Source of the DNA: Magallana gigas
Taxonomy: Eukaryota
Direction of reading: 5' to 3'
Assembly (NCBI RefSeq): GCF_963853765.1
Contig: NC_088857.1
Location: 13,392,001-13,456,000 of the forward strand
DNA: 64,000 bases
Positions 13,273 to 25,858 of the stretch are shown here, in pieces. The first letter of the stretch is position 1. Each line of letters starts with the position of its first letter. Under the pieces are notes generated by a model, which was not told where the DNA came from, did no database searches, and saw nothing but the letters and a program-made list of their open reading frames with translations. The position numbers and the translations under genes were made by a program.

Positions 13273-14065
13273 CTCGGTAACTGCTAGAAGGTGAATTCCT
13301 GATTTCCTGTAATTAACCTTCTAAGTATTCACTAAATAGCTGGCAACTATGTAGGGTTATTCTATGTGGCCTACATGCTATTTTAAGAAAAAAGTGATTG
13401 ATTTATAAATGCAAGTGATTTTTTTTTTGCTTAACTGTGGGTTTCAAACGTATTTTATGGGTCAGGGCACTTTATGGTTAAAAAAAAGATCAAAAAAGCT
13501 AAAATTAAAAAAATCAAACGGTTACTTCCTCCAAGGATTACTTCCCACTTGAAAAACAAAATACTAGGAATGATTCTGCATGCGGTGATTGCATAAAGCA
13601 TGTATCCTTTTCGTTTAATTGTCTGACTGATGAAGCAAGGTTTTGAAAATGCCTCCAAATGTGATCCTTCAAAGGGCTGGAAAAATACACTTACTCGTTG
13701 ATCAATGATATGGGGATAAAATTCCTATAGAGAAAATTGGTTTTTTTTATTCTTCATAAAAGGCATGATAATTGACCCTGACCCTTTTGATATATTACGC
13801 AACATCGAGTTAATAAAGAAGGTATTATCTTGACGTATATGAAAAAGAATGAATGACGAAATTGGCACATTTCAGTCTATATCACCCCAATCTCGACAAT
13901 ACAAATGAATCTGTAAAATCCAAAGCCATTAACTTGTCTTTAAATTTAATTAAGTCTAATTAATTTAGGTATTAGAATCAATTTATTCATCAGCCTTACA
14001 AATTTCTCGATTTTTCAAAAACAAAAGTTTAGAAGTTTGAAAATTTCATTTTTACTTGAACAAGC

Positions 14066-14070
<5 letters not shown>

Positions 14071-14110
<40 letters not shown>
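14071..14110. repeat. (AG)n microsatellite
   Basis: Direct reading. Confidence 0.95.
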
Positions 14111-14113
<3 letters not shown>

Positions 14114-14116
14114 TAA

Positions 14117-14535
14117 AGCTGAACACCGCTCGTAAATAGGCACCGTCACACATGTACCTGGTATATAAACCCTTCGATTTCGTTACACCCGATTGCACAT
14201 CTGAAACTCGTGGCCGACGTGTAGTGTTCCTTTCGTTGTCTTTGGATTTTTATGCATTTAATTGTTATTTATGTGCATATTATGTCTGTAAATAATGCAA
14301 TGACCAGTTCATTTGATGTTAGTACTCTCCTGGTTTGAAAAAAGTGCGTAAAACTTGACAATTTCATCGCGACCGAGTAACATGGCGAGGCAAGATGTAC
14401 GTCCACACAGGTGAGACCTCTACAGTGATATACTTTGAACTGTTAAGAGGTCTATGGCTTATATAGGGGTGTAGGAAGAGCGGTGCTGAAAGAGAAATAT
14501 GGCGGACAGTGCCTATTTACGAGCGGTGTTCAGCT
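14117..14535. mobile_element. Kolobok-like MITE with a TTAA TSD
   Basis: Perfect 27-bp TIR AGCTGAACACCGCTCGTAAATAGGCAC, flanked by TTAA at 14113-14116 and 14536-14539. AG termini fit Kolobok better than piggyBac. Confidence 0.8.
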
Positions 14536-17500
14536 TTAATGAGAGAGAATTTAATGACTACTGAAAATGAGATGTGCACATCCTTGAATCATCCCCACGG
14601 TACTTGGCACAATAAGAGTATCAAAGACGCACCATGGTGATTGTCTAGAATATCATTTTCTCTTAAAATTCCATCGGTGGGCGAACCATGAAAAGGACGC
14701 TCAAGAGCCGTGATGTTTGAATAAAAGCCGTCGTGAAAATTGAATAATAACAACAATGGACTGTGTTGAAGAACACCGCTTGTCACTCGGCTTAGGAGAA
14801 CTATGTATATCATATTCTTTATTGACTCTTCCGCCGCCAGGGGTAGCTCGCAATAAACCTCGTTAATACACTTTTATGATGGAATAATTTTCACGCAAAT
14901 GAACTGACGTTATTGTGATGTCGATGGGAATCTGCTACGTGATTTGCAATATCAAAAAGCATATGATAGCAATCAGAGCATTTTCTCCATTTCTTCGCCA
15001 ATTTTATGATGTGTAAAAAGGTGTAAAAATATACATTGTAATTGTCGATTTTATCCTTTAAACATTTGAATTACATTCGATACTCACTATTTCTATACGC
15101 AATTCACATTTTTAATCCAATGATAAATGATTTAGTATTTAAAGGAGGGATTCTTTCTCCAAGCTAATTGAAGAAGCTTTCATGTTCAATCGTTTTTTTT
15201 TATACATTTAACGTTAACATCTCTTCGTTTCGTCACAATACGTTAGTACAGGTCAAAAAAACCCAACAGATTTTATGATGATTAAAAACTCAAATCAACA
15301 TGAGACCTAAATACAACCTTAAGCATAGTTATGTTTGGTAATGAAAAAACACAAATCATGGAAAATGCCAAGTTTTCGACTTTTCTTTAATTCTTCTTAC
15401 GTGGAACAGATCATAATGCAATAAAATGCAATAATTCCTTTAAAAAAACCCCAAAACAACATCGAACATACGTAAGATCGATTGTGAAAAAGTGGGAATA
15501 TATGTTAGGCTAATGTCTTGATATACCACGGCCGACGTCCTGGTTATTTGATTTTGGGAGACGAGACTCTCCGTATTAGTATTAGTAGATTTTTTAATGA
15601 TTTCTTGGCATCAGGGCAAGCTATGGATCTTACATCAGTGTATTTATATGCAAATGTTGCACAAGAAACACACCAGATTTAAAACAGCTAGTACTGTATG
15701 ATTTTTTCTTCTTCTGAAGACAGAGGGAGACAAACGGAAAAAAACACCTCACCACGTAGTTTGATATATAAATGTTGCGTGGATTAGATGTAAAATAATA
15801 AATTTTTATCATAAAAATAACTGTCTGTAGGAAAACGGTCAAACTCTATATTTTGTTTTACCAATAAAAAGCAATATTTCTCATTGTTTGGGGTCTGTGT
15901 TATTTCCATTGATTTTTGGTAATTGATAAAAAGAATAGTATATCCTCTACTCCGTGTCCCGTAATCAAGACATTCAATTTCCTGATGAATCTTGCATCAT
16001 CAGACGTAGCGTGCCATGATGACGTGAAGGTTGATTTCTGAGCAAATTGTGTTTACGGGCGGTAACGACCACCGTATTTAGGGTCAGTGTTGTATATTAG
16101 AGTCTATAACATATCAAAGAACTTCAAGAATTATTCAGACAAATTATTTTTCTAAAGACACGAATTGCAAATATTGAACGGTGAAGAACACGGCCTTATG
16201 TACTAACCAGCACGAAGAGGACTAGGTAAGTAAGTAAGTAAGTAAGTTACTGTAACGGTGAAGAACAGTGCAGCTGCTTGGTATCTTAGGTTTAAGAAAG
16301 TTGCCTATTGTACCCACACAAGTCATCTAGCTTTAACCAAAAATGTTTCTAATCAAAGACTGTATTGTAAATTGTGATCGCTGTAACAAATCGTTAGAGT
16401 TTTCATGTTTAATCATTTTGTCCGCACTTAATTCAGTGCTTGTCATGATCAAGCAACAAATTGAAGTTAATGGGATAGTTAGCGCAACCTTCGCACATCC
16501 TCTGACTTTGATTACAATGCAGAAAAAATTCTTTTTGATAATCACGATGCAGATATAAATAAATGTTGATAGTAGAGATTTATATATCAAACAGAGAAAA
16601 CCCCCACTGAATTTAGAAAGAAAGTTTCAAAATATTTTTTATTGATGTATGTTGTGGGTATTTTATTTTAACTTTTATGATACCTATAGGAATGTAAGTG
16701 TCATTAAAGTTTATTTGCCGGTTTAAAACAAAAGTACAAAATATTTACCTTAACGTGTGACAAATTCCCATGAAATGAAACTAAAAATCCGAATGACGAA
16801 ACGATGAAATCATCTGTGTACAGTGCACGCACTTTCAGTATTCCGAGCCGTGAGTTCCCGTACGGAATGTGTTTTGACTGTGTGCTATCGACGTTTTTGC
16901 TGTTCACGTTCTCGCCCTCCTCGTCGGCTTTACTCCAGTACTATGCTGTGATGGTCCAGGCCGTGTAGTTCCGAGGTTTAGTCACAAAGTCAAATAGCAC
17001 AGATCATGAATGAAGCGTCTTATGGAAATGATCAGAGATTATATTATTTACGATACGTTTAACGATTGTGTCTGATGACTCTCGCTCTCTCCGCTCCCTT
17101 TACTCCAGTACTACGCTACTTGTTCCAAAGTAGTATCGACAAATAAAGTTTGTCTCACAGAGCTGATAAAAAAATAAGACATTTTATGGAAATGATCAGA
17201 GATTTTTTTCTTTACGTTGGAAGATCTGTATGCTGACTGTCTTACTCACAGCATCTGGGGATTCATTATATCCATCTTAAATCAAACTGTAAAACTCATA
17301 ATATGGATCAATCGCTTCCGGAATTTTTCATTTCATACCGATATTTTAACCCATACTTTAGACTGTGGGCTGAAAGATATATTCATTATTAACACACCAT
17401 CAGCCGATCAACTTGGTAACTGCAGATTAACGTGATAACAACATCACTAATTTGTACAACAGAAAACCCACGGTTATCGTTAATTCTTTGTTCAATGCTT

Positions 17501-18756
17501 GATGGATTGCTGAAAAACTGTTTTGAGCAATCTTTGCAAGAAAACGTCTAATTATGATATTTGTACCGAGGGTAGGCGGGAGTGAGATTTTTTAACAAAA
17601 CGAAGTTGGGTACAGCGAAGAAAACTCCATAATCATTCAAACACTGACATCAGATCTGTTATTCAGCTTATTTTGTTTTCTGTTTTTTTTGTACCTCGGC
17701 CGTTCAGCAGTGAATGTGTACAGTAAGAAAGTGCACGTGCGCATATGTAATAACTTGCACAGCGCATGTGTGTGTTGATAATGATAAATATGAGATAATA
17801 AATACATACAAGTTGCTGGCCTTTAAAAAAGGACTACAATACGTGGACCATTTGCATGTGTTTCAAAACGAAAACGTGAAAGCCTTAAAATTATCAGAGA
17901 TTCCACAGAATCCAGCCCTCTGCTTTTAACCACTTGTACGTTGTATTGCGTATACATGCATGTATAGCCCTGACTTTTTATCTCAGAATTTAAAGGATTC
18001 ATACTTCTAAAATAATTATCATTTATCTATGAATGAAGTTTGCATGTATGGTATCAGGCATTCGGTGAATTCTGCTATTTGTACACACATTACGATTCGC
18101 TTTACTTTATTAACTACGCAGTGACAACTTTGTGTAAATTAAAAAATTTCATATTTTGATGCATTTTTCTTGAGATTCAAACTTTTATAGTGACATAATT
18201 ATTCAATCATACTTAAATGATTAAAAAATTTAATCGGGAATTTCTCTAGCCTCGCCTACTATAAATGTAAAGTTAAGTTACATGTGTATTCGGAAAACAC
18301 CAAAACATTGTAAATTATGCTATTTAATGCATGTTGTAGTTTCGGCATAACATTAACTTATTTCATAATACTGATAGTTCATATCACATGCCAATCATTT
18401 CTTTAAAAGGAATACCTTGTCTGTACCGTTTACCGACAACTTTACAATTACAGCGCCTTTGAACTTATATGTGTCATATGGCACGGAATCCCGATCCCGA
18501 TTCAGATAAACTTGTGCTAGCCTGGTTCCCTGAGCTACCCATTACGCACAGGAACCAGGTTAGCTCATGCGCAGGCTGAATTTTCCCCATAGCATCCGGT
18601 TTAACCTCGCTTATATATTTTCTGCGTGGACCTCAGGGTCCACGCAATTAACCAATAAATGTTTAACTTTAAGGAAATGATAATGATGATGATAATGCAA
18701 TACATATCAACCAATAAATGTAGAACTAACTATAAAATGAAGTTCATTAACCACTA

Positions 18757-20148
18757 CTGTATACAGGGTTATTTTTATCCCGTGTTATTTTCGCCCTTTT
18801 TTACTTGCAAACGGTTTCGCCCCGTACATTTTTTACTCAGGTTTGAGTTCTCAAATTCGGATTGTTACAAAGTTCAATGTCATGAGTAAAATTTGTTCTT
18901 AACACTAAACGTATTTATGAAATGATTTTTTTTGACAAACCATTCGATATGTTTACTATGTTATGGATTTTGGCTCAAACAAAGTTGGACCTTTAGCAAA
19001 ACAGAGGAAATTCAGACTAAAATTTTTAGATTTTGTTTTTCAATGAAATATTTTTGGTAGTACTGTAATATTCAAAGTTCAGATTTTATTTGTTTGTTAT
19101 CATTATTTTGCATATTTTCTGTTAGTTTTATCTCACTTTTTCGTTTAGATATTCGAATGGCACACACTACAAAAATATTGAAAAATGCTTAAAAACGATC
19201 AAAGACACCATATCTCAAAATTTTGATCATTGACCTTATATAACGTTTATGCCTGCAGAGTAAGGTCAATATACCTAGTTTAATGCTATAAATGTCTGAG
19301 TATTATCATCATTCAGTTTTTTGTAAAATTTAATCAAAAAAGGGTAGGAATTTGAAAAATGATACAGGAAATTCGGACTGGAATATTTATAAAAATTGTG
19401 AATTAAAACTTAATGCTTTCTGTCTGTTTAGTGTCACTGCTATTCATAAACTGTATTTCATTTTTAAAAGAGTTAAGCAATTATTATTATTTTCACAATT
19501 AAGAAAAACTCAATCATAGTGTAAAATTTTTAGGGACTTTTCTTCAATTTTCAAAAAATATTCAATGGCCATTATCTCAAAAAGTTGGTCATTGACCGGC
19601 TTTTTTGAAAGTGAAAAATAGCACTACCACGATAGGTCTTTTACACACAAAAGATGATTTTTCATTATCATCAGTGGAATTTTTTTCATTCTTAGTAAAC
19701 ATATACCTTAATATAAATTCGCCTTAATATAGTTGATTTTAAGAGATACAATTTGAGACATCACACTGGCGTCGGAAGTAAATTGAAAGTGGGGGGGGGG
19801 CTAGACTAATCCTCAGAAATATTGAGATAAAAGTAATTCCCTAAATCATGGAAATCCTAATCCGTGGGGGGGGGGGGGGGGGGGGTATACCTATTCTTCC
19901 AAAAAAAAAAATTACTTACCCAAATTTCTTTTCCAAAATCATAAAATTCCTAATCCGTGGGGGGGGGGGGGGGAGGGGGGGGGGGGGGGAGTATGCTTCT
20001 GAATCCAACTTCTCAATCTTTCAAGGTAAATTTAGGAACAATAATCTTTCCTGCGAGAAAAAGTGGGGGGCTGAACCCTCTATCATGCTATGTTTCTAAT
20101 GGTTAGGTAAAACTTTGCAAAAAAAGTGGGGGGGCTAAGCCCCCCTAG

Positions 20149-20189
<41 letters not shown>

Positions 20190-20287
20190 TCCGACGCCTA
20201 TGCATCAGAACTCGCCCAGTTCATCCGCCGACAACGAGGGCGAAAGGGATGAAAGTAAAACAGGGGCGAATATTTCCCTGTATACAG
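18757..20287. mobile_element. TA-flanked non-autonomous DNA transposon (TIR CTGTATACAGGG...) carrying nested insertions
   Basis: TA|CTGTATACAGGG at 18755-18768 and CCCTGTATACAG|TA at 20276-20289, with an extended imperfect TIR. Confidence 0.7.
19764..20202. mobile_element. Nested G/C-run-rich MITE (TIR CA(C/T)(T/A)GGCGTCGGAA)
   Basis: Inverted termini at 19764 and 20202 flanked by a CATCA direct repeat; long poly-G and poly-C runs inside. Confidence 0.65.
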
Positions 20288-23133
20288 TATTCAACCCAAT
20301 CTTGAGGAGAACATAGGGAACTTGAAAAAAAGAGGACCCCCTCCCAATAACGTTCAATGATCTATCAGTTCAGGGAAACTTTTTCCAGTTTCCAGGGTTC
20401 TGTTTTGGAGCCAATTATGGTGAATGTCTGATGGCTCAGGAACATGTCCTTTTTATGTTTTTTGATGCATGAATCATGTTCAGTGCTGTAAGGGCGTTGC
20501 TGGTTTTTAAGTCGTTGGTTATTGATTTATGTATTCCGAGAGGAAACGTTGCTTTGAAGGTAAATTAATATCGTACGTTAAAAACCAAGTTTGAATTTCT
20601 AATTATCTGAATTGGGTTAATACTTTGAGCTTGAGTATGGAAATAGCTAGCTTGAAGTAAAATTCTTGAATCGAACGTTGGCCGGGCTAGCAATTGATAT
20701 TAAATATTAATGCTAGAATATTTGAAAGTAAAAAAAAAAAATCAAATGTATTTAAGATTAATGAGAAAAAATTAAATGTATTTAAGATTAATGAGACTTT
20801 GGAGAGATTTGGAAAAGGAAGTCGGCATTCTATGCATTAAAACCCCCCAATATATACATCATAGATTGATTACAATGTAGGATACAGATAACTTAAAATA
20901 GAACGTATAAACCATATATTTCTGGATCATGCTGTCTTAGAGAAGGAACAGCTCCAGATGATGTTATTATGTGTTATAAGTCTGATTTAATTACTGATTG
21001 CATGTGATCTATTTATATTATGATATTTTCCATTTCGTTTGCTACGAAACAATTTCCCCTAGAATTTTACCAAATCGTTCATACCAAAAAATTAAATTGT
21101 ATTTGCGAACTGTTAGATGTAAGAGGGGCAGTCGGCTTTCGGATGGGTGGGTGTGTGTGTGTGGGTGGGGGGTTGAAGTGGTGTCCCCCTTCTATATAGG
21201 ATGGAATGGGTCTTCCAAAGATTTATGATACCTTTTATAATATATACGTTAGTGTGTTTTTTTAAATTTGCATTATAGACTATTCAAGAACTGCAAGTTT
21301 TACAATGTAGTTATTCGATGTTTCAGATATAATACATACGTATATAAAAAATCATTTATCGAAGGAAAAGATGGGGCGTTCGTAAGTATTTTCTGTTTAA
21401 GATAACATATAGTGTACATTATTTATATGACCTACATACAAGTCATTTTATTTGCACCGACTCCTTAGAACACCGTTGACCCTTCGCCCCTCGAAACTAT
21501 TGTGCTAAATACATTAAAGTCCATAGCACGCAGGTAATTTTGAGCAAAAGTAGGTTCGGATAAGTAACGATGATTGAAAAAGAAGTATTTTCGCTGCTTT
21601 TTAAAAAAGGAATTTGATATCTCCACTCCGTTCTAATTTAACAGCGATGAATTTCAATTCTTTCGGCGATAATGATTTATGAAACGATGGGGAAGATAAA
21701 TTTTGGATTGAAAAATTTGATATCATACATTGAATTTCAAACGTGTTTATAACAAAAAACATTTTATTCTCAATTAACGCGTAAATGTAAAATGTTTGTT
21801 GTTCAAGATGTTTTGTTTCAGAATATTTTAGACCTTTTTTGGGTACTAAATGTCATGGAACATTGCAAGGTTCTTCATCGTACTAATACCTACCGGAACC
21901 TCGGTATTGAGATATATATATTCACGTAGATACACGTAATTCACGTGGTTTCTTAGAAAATTGTCGCACCTCACTACAAATACGAACAAGGCTTTGTTTA
22001 TAGTCCTATCAAGAATATTTAGGCTATGATCACTATATACACTGTAGATCAGGGTATAGTACAAATCATAAACCACTATTTACTGCGTGACCGTAAAAAC
22101 GGGGGAATTTAAGGAAGCCAACTTTGTTTTTCATTGCGCATGCTTGTAAAATACCGTGTAACTGCAGTTTTTATGCAAAATAAGTCGGCCTTAAGCCGCG
22201 GTCCGGAGTACGCGCATAGCTCCTTCCAAAATGGAAAACTCTTATATAGAAGCATTGATCGTGGTTTATGGTTTGCGATTTGATTTTGATTTTGAAAATG
22301 GTAACACCCCACTGTATAAAACAGGATAGTTCACAATATACTACAGCATAATAGGGCATTGTATAGGTCAGAGTAATCTATTTAAAGTTACATTACATGA
22401 CGTCGAAGGCATAACAGAATATTTGCCCTAAGATAACAGGGAAGCTTTGGAGATTTATATCGTCCGATGTCGAAGACAGGGGGCGATATAACATCCAATG
22501 CTTTTCTTGTTTTTGTATTGTCACCGAGAAGCCATGATACATGTACATATGTATAATGCAATTTTCTTGTCAAATAAATTATCCTTGGCTTTCGAAATCA
22601 AATAACATTGTCCCGACAAATTAAAAATTGAATACGATTGCTTTGAAACTGGCTCTTCAAATTTAAACCCAACTTAATTAATGTGCATTTTAATTGCACG
22701 CGAGGGTGACATTACTGGTTTGGGAGGGCAGTACGCTGATAAAAGGTAAAATCTTTAATTTTTTCGAAAAGTTCAATGAAGGCCAAAATCCACCGTCATT
22801 TTATAAAAAAAATGATCTTGGGCATCGAACATTATAGTAAGTACAAACGAACTCTTCGCTCCTGTGGGTAAAGAAATCTCAAGGAGAATAAAACAATAAA
22901 TCAATTAAGGAAATATGTAAATGTATAGACATTTGGATAAATCAATTACATGCACACAGAAGAGCGGTTTGTCTCTTCCTGATTCCTACCGGGAACTAAC
23001 ACAAACAAAGTAAAATAAATTAACTAAATAAATCGTCAACAGGAATTTAAGGGCGAATTATGTACGTGACATAGATTTGTATGCATCATGTTTATATAAA
23101 TCAATATAGAGGAAATGTTCAAGGTTAAGGCAA

Positions 23134-23135
<2 letters not shown>

Positions 23136-23199
<64 letters not shown>
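23136..23199. repeat. (AG)n microsatellite
   Basis: Direct reading. Confidence 0.95.
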
Positions 23200-23204
<5 letters not shown>

Positions 23205-23493
23205 ACTTGTCCTAATTATTTAAAATTACAATGGGAAACCTTAGTGTACCAGTTGCAATTTTTTATTCGATATATTTATGTTTTTTAACTTGTCTATAGG
23301 TTCCCTTCTACAATCTATGTACTTTTCTGTCCATGTAGTGTCTATTCGCTCATAGATCTAATTTTAGTCTGCAACATGCTGTAACACACACAAGTAAAAG
23401 AAGATCCATATGATAATACTTCAAGAAGCTATATACATGTAGAACACACGTTAAAACACATAATTGAGGGTGTGCTGCAGTTTAAACTTATGT

Positions 23494-23600
23494 CATGTTG
23501 TAAATTTTGAATTTACCGGGTGGAAGTAAATTACAAAATTTACATCATGTTGTAAATTTTGTATTTATTGCCACCCGGTAAATTCAAAATTTACAACATT
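23494..23600. repeat. Inverted dimer of the ~55-bp hairpin mini-element
   Basis: Two copies in opposite orientation joined at CATG. Confidence 0.75.
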
Positions 23601-24190
23601 GCACTTAGTGCTAACTTAACTTAGAATTATGGAACTTTTATTGGAAATAAAATTTGGAGATTATTGCGTTTTGTAATATAGCGTCCACATATGAAGAGCA
23701 ATCTTTATAGAATGATAAAAAAACATTTTGCATAAAGATAGATGGTGTAATATTTTTGAATTTGTTAATCGACCTGACAGAACATTTATTACAACCATAT
23801 TTTCTTCACTTACTGAAAAATGCCCTACGTAATGTATTTTAAAACACTGGCCACGTAGAAAAAGACTGTGTTAAATGAAATGAAATTAAAACAAACTGTA
23901 AAACTGAAAGAAAAAAAACAGTCTGGTTCTCTCACAAGAACCAGACTGTTCATGTTTTACACATTATTGATTTTGAGCTTTTTACTGGGATTTCACACTA
24001 GGGTATAGCAATTCATTTACTGCACAGCACTGCCAAAGGTGAATTTCCAATTAATACGAGAACGGGTTAGAGAAGCATGAAATGACCGGTAATTGGCAAT
24101 TAGTAAGCGAACTAGGCAAAATGTGGAACACGATTCCCATAGTTTTGAACCACCTCAATCAATGACATGAGAAATACAAGGATGCATATC

Positions 24191-24730
24191 TACAGTTGCA
24201 GATATTTTTTCCTTATATCGAAGAGCATGCAAAACATTCATTTCTGTGTGAACTAATTCAGGGGTCAAAATGTCATTTTTATGACATCACAATGACCGTT
24301 GCAGGAACTCTTGGTACTTCTGTATTAATAAAATAGGTTCATGTTTTAGAAGATACTTGTATATTTTCCTTTACAACTGCAGATATTTTCCTTATATCGA
24401 AAAGCATGCAAAACATTCATTTCTGTGTGAACTAATTCAAGGGTCAAAATGTCATTTTTATGACATCACAATGACCGTTGCAGGAGCTTTAAGTATTCTG
24501 TATTAGTAAAAATAGGTTTAAGTTTTAGAAGATTCTTGTACATTTTCCTTTACAGTTGCAGATATTTTCCTTATATTGAAGAACATGCATAACTTTCATT
24601 TCTGTGTGAACTAATTCAGGGGTCAAAATGTCATTTTTATGACATCACAATGACCGTTGCAGGAGCTTTTAGAACTTCTGTATTAGTAAAAATAGGTTCA
24701 TGTTTTAAACGATACTTGTATATTTTCCTC
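24191..24730. repeat. Three tandem copies of a ~180-bp unit
   Basis: Unit starts at 24191, 24372 and 24551 (TACAGTTGCAGATATTTTCC...); the copies are highly similar. Confidence 0.92.
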
Positions 24731-25498
24731 AAACGTAATTATAAGAAATAACAATATCAACATGTTACCTAGATATTATTAAGAACGTGGTTTAATCACA
24801 TGGAGAAATCTAGGAGCTCCAGAGGATTTCGTCACGTTAGCTATCAATGTCTTATCCCTGTGAACTTTATTAATAAAAATAGGTTATTTGACTACAGCAA
24901 ACATATACAGTTGGTATTTATTGTAATAGATGATTGAACTGATTGCTGAAATCAAGGGATGATTTGTTTTTCAGTGTAATGGAATTGAAGTGTTAATTGT
25001 GTCATTTTTGTATTTTTGCTTATCGTTGAACGTTTTAGCGGAAATTTTGATAAAATGGGTAGGAATTTCATGTCATTTCTCAAATATAGGACTGGAGGAA
25101 TATGAATAATGAAACAGAACTCACCCATCACAGAAAACTTCGTTATAACCCTAATGGTCAGATGTCAGAGGTTGTTAATTCAAATCTCCCGAGAAAATCA
25201 CCGAAATCATGCAAGGAAATTCTACCCTTTCAATCATTTTGTCGGTTTTATAAATTATAAACTTCAGAACAATATCATTTCAGTTCGACCCAACACTGAA
25301 GACTTCTTGTATTGAATTGTGCATTTCATTAATTGATGGATTTTTGGTTATAATTGGCAAAATTTCGATAAGGAAACAACGCAGTGATCAATTATTAACA
25401 CACAGACAGCGTTCATATCGCATATATAATAGTGAAGATGTACTTTATTTCTATATCCCATTTTCAAAGAATGGAAAACGTATGGTGCATGCATTGAA

Positions 25499-25858
25499 TT
25501 ATTTATTGATATCCTTTTGTTTAAACTTTGACATATTCTTTTTAAGAATTGTTGCTATAGAATGCAGAAGTCTTATTGATCTCGTATTGTCAGATTCAAA
25601 ATGGTTGAGCTCATCTCGTTTGTGAACGTTACCTTTCAAGAACAAATGCCTGTCTGTCTGTGTAGAGTTTTGTGATAGTCCACAAACTTTCTTATGTATT
25701 GAAACACATCTGAGACAATGTAACATGATATGTAATAATCCTTCCTCAAGGTCGTTCAAAAAGGTTAGTGTCATATTCCATGCATTAATTAATGTTGTAT
25801 GAAGTACAAAGTAAAAAAGTAAGAAAAAGAGTAAAGCAATATGAGCTGCAATTTTCAT
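25499..25858 (-). CDS. Candidate small secreted protein or peptide precursor (119 aa from ATG 25858)
   Basis: Signal-peptide-like MKIAAHIALLFFLLFYFVLHTTLINA, a KR dibasic site, A at -3, an acceptor-like ttttcag 16 nt upstream of the ATG and AATAAA ~50 nt after the stop. No recognisable family. Confidence 0.4.
   Translation of the reverse strand: MKIAAHIALLFFLLFYFVLHTTLINAWNMTLTFLNDLEEGLLHIMLHCLRCVSIHKKVCGLSQNSTQTDRHLFLKGNVHKRDELNHFESDNTRSIRLLHSIATILKKNMSKFKQKDINK

Noticed and set aside
14589-14813. 74-aa ORF as an exon
   Set aside because: No convincing acceptor and no recognisable motif.
19790-20186. Long G and C runs as functional G-quadruplexes
   Set aside because: They are internal to a MITE, and homopolymer lengths are unreliable in assemblies.
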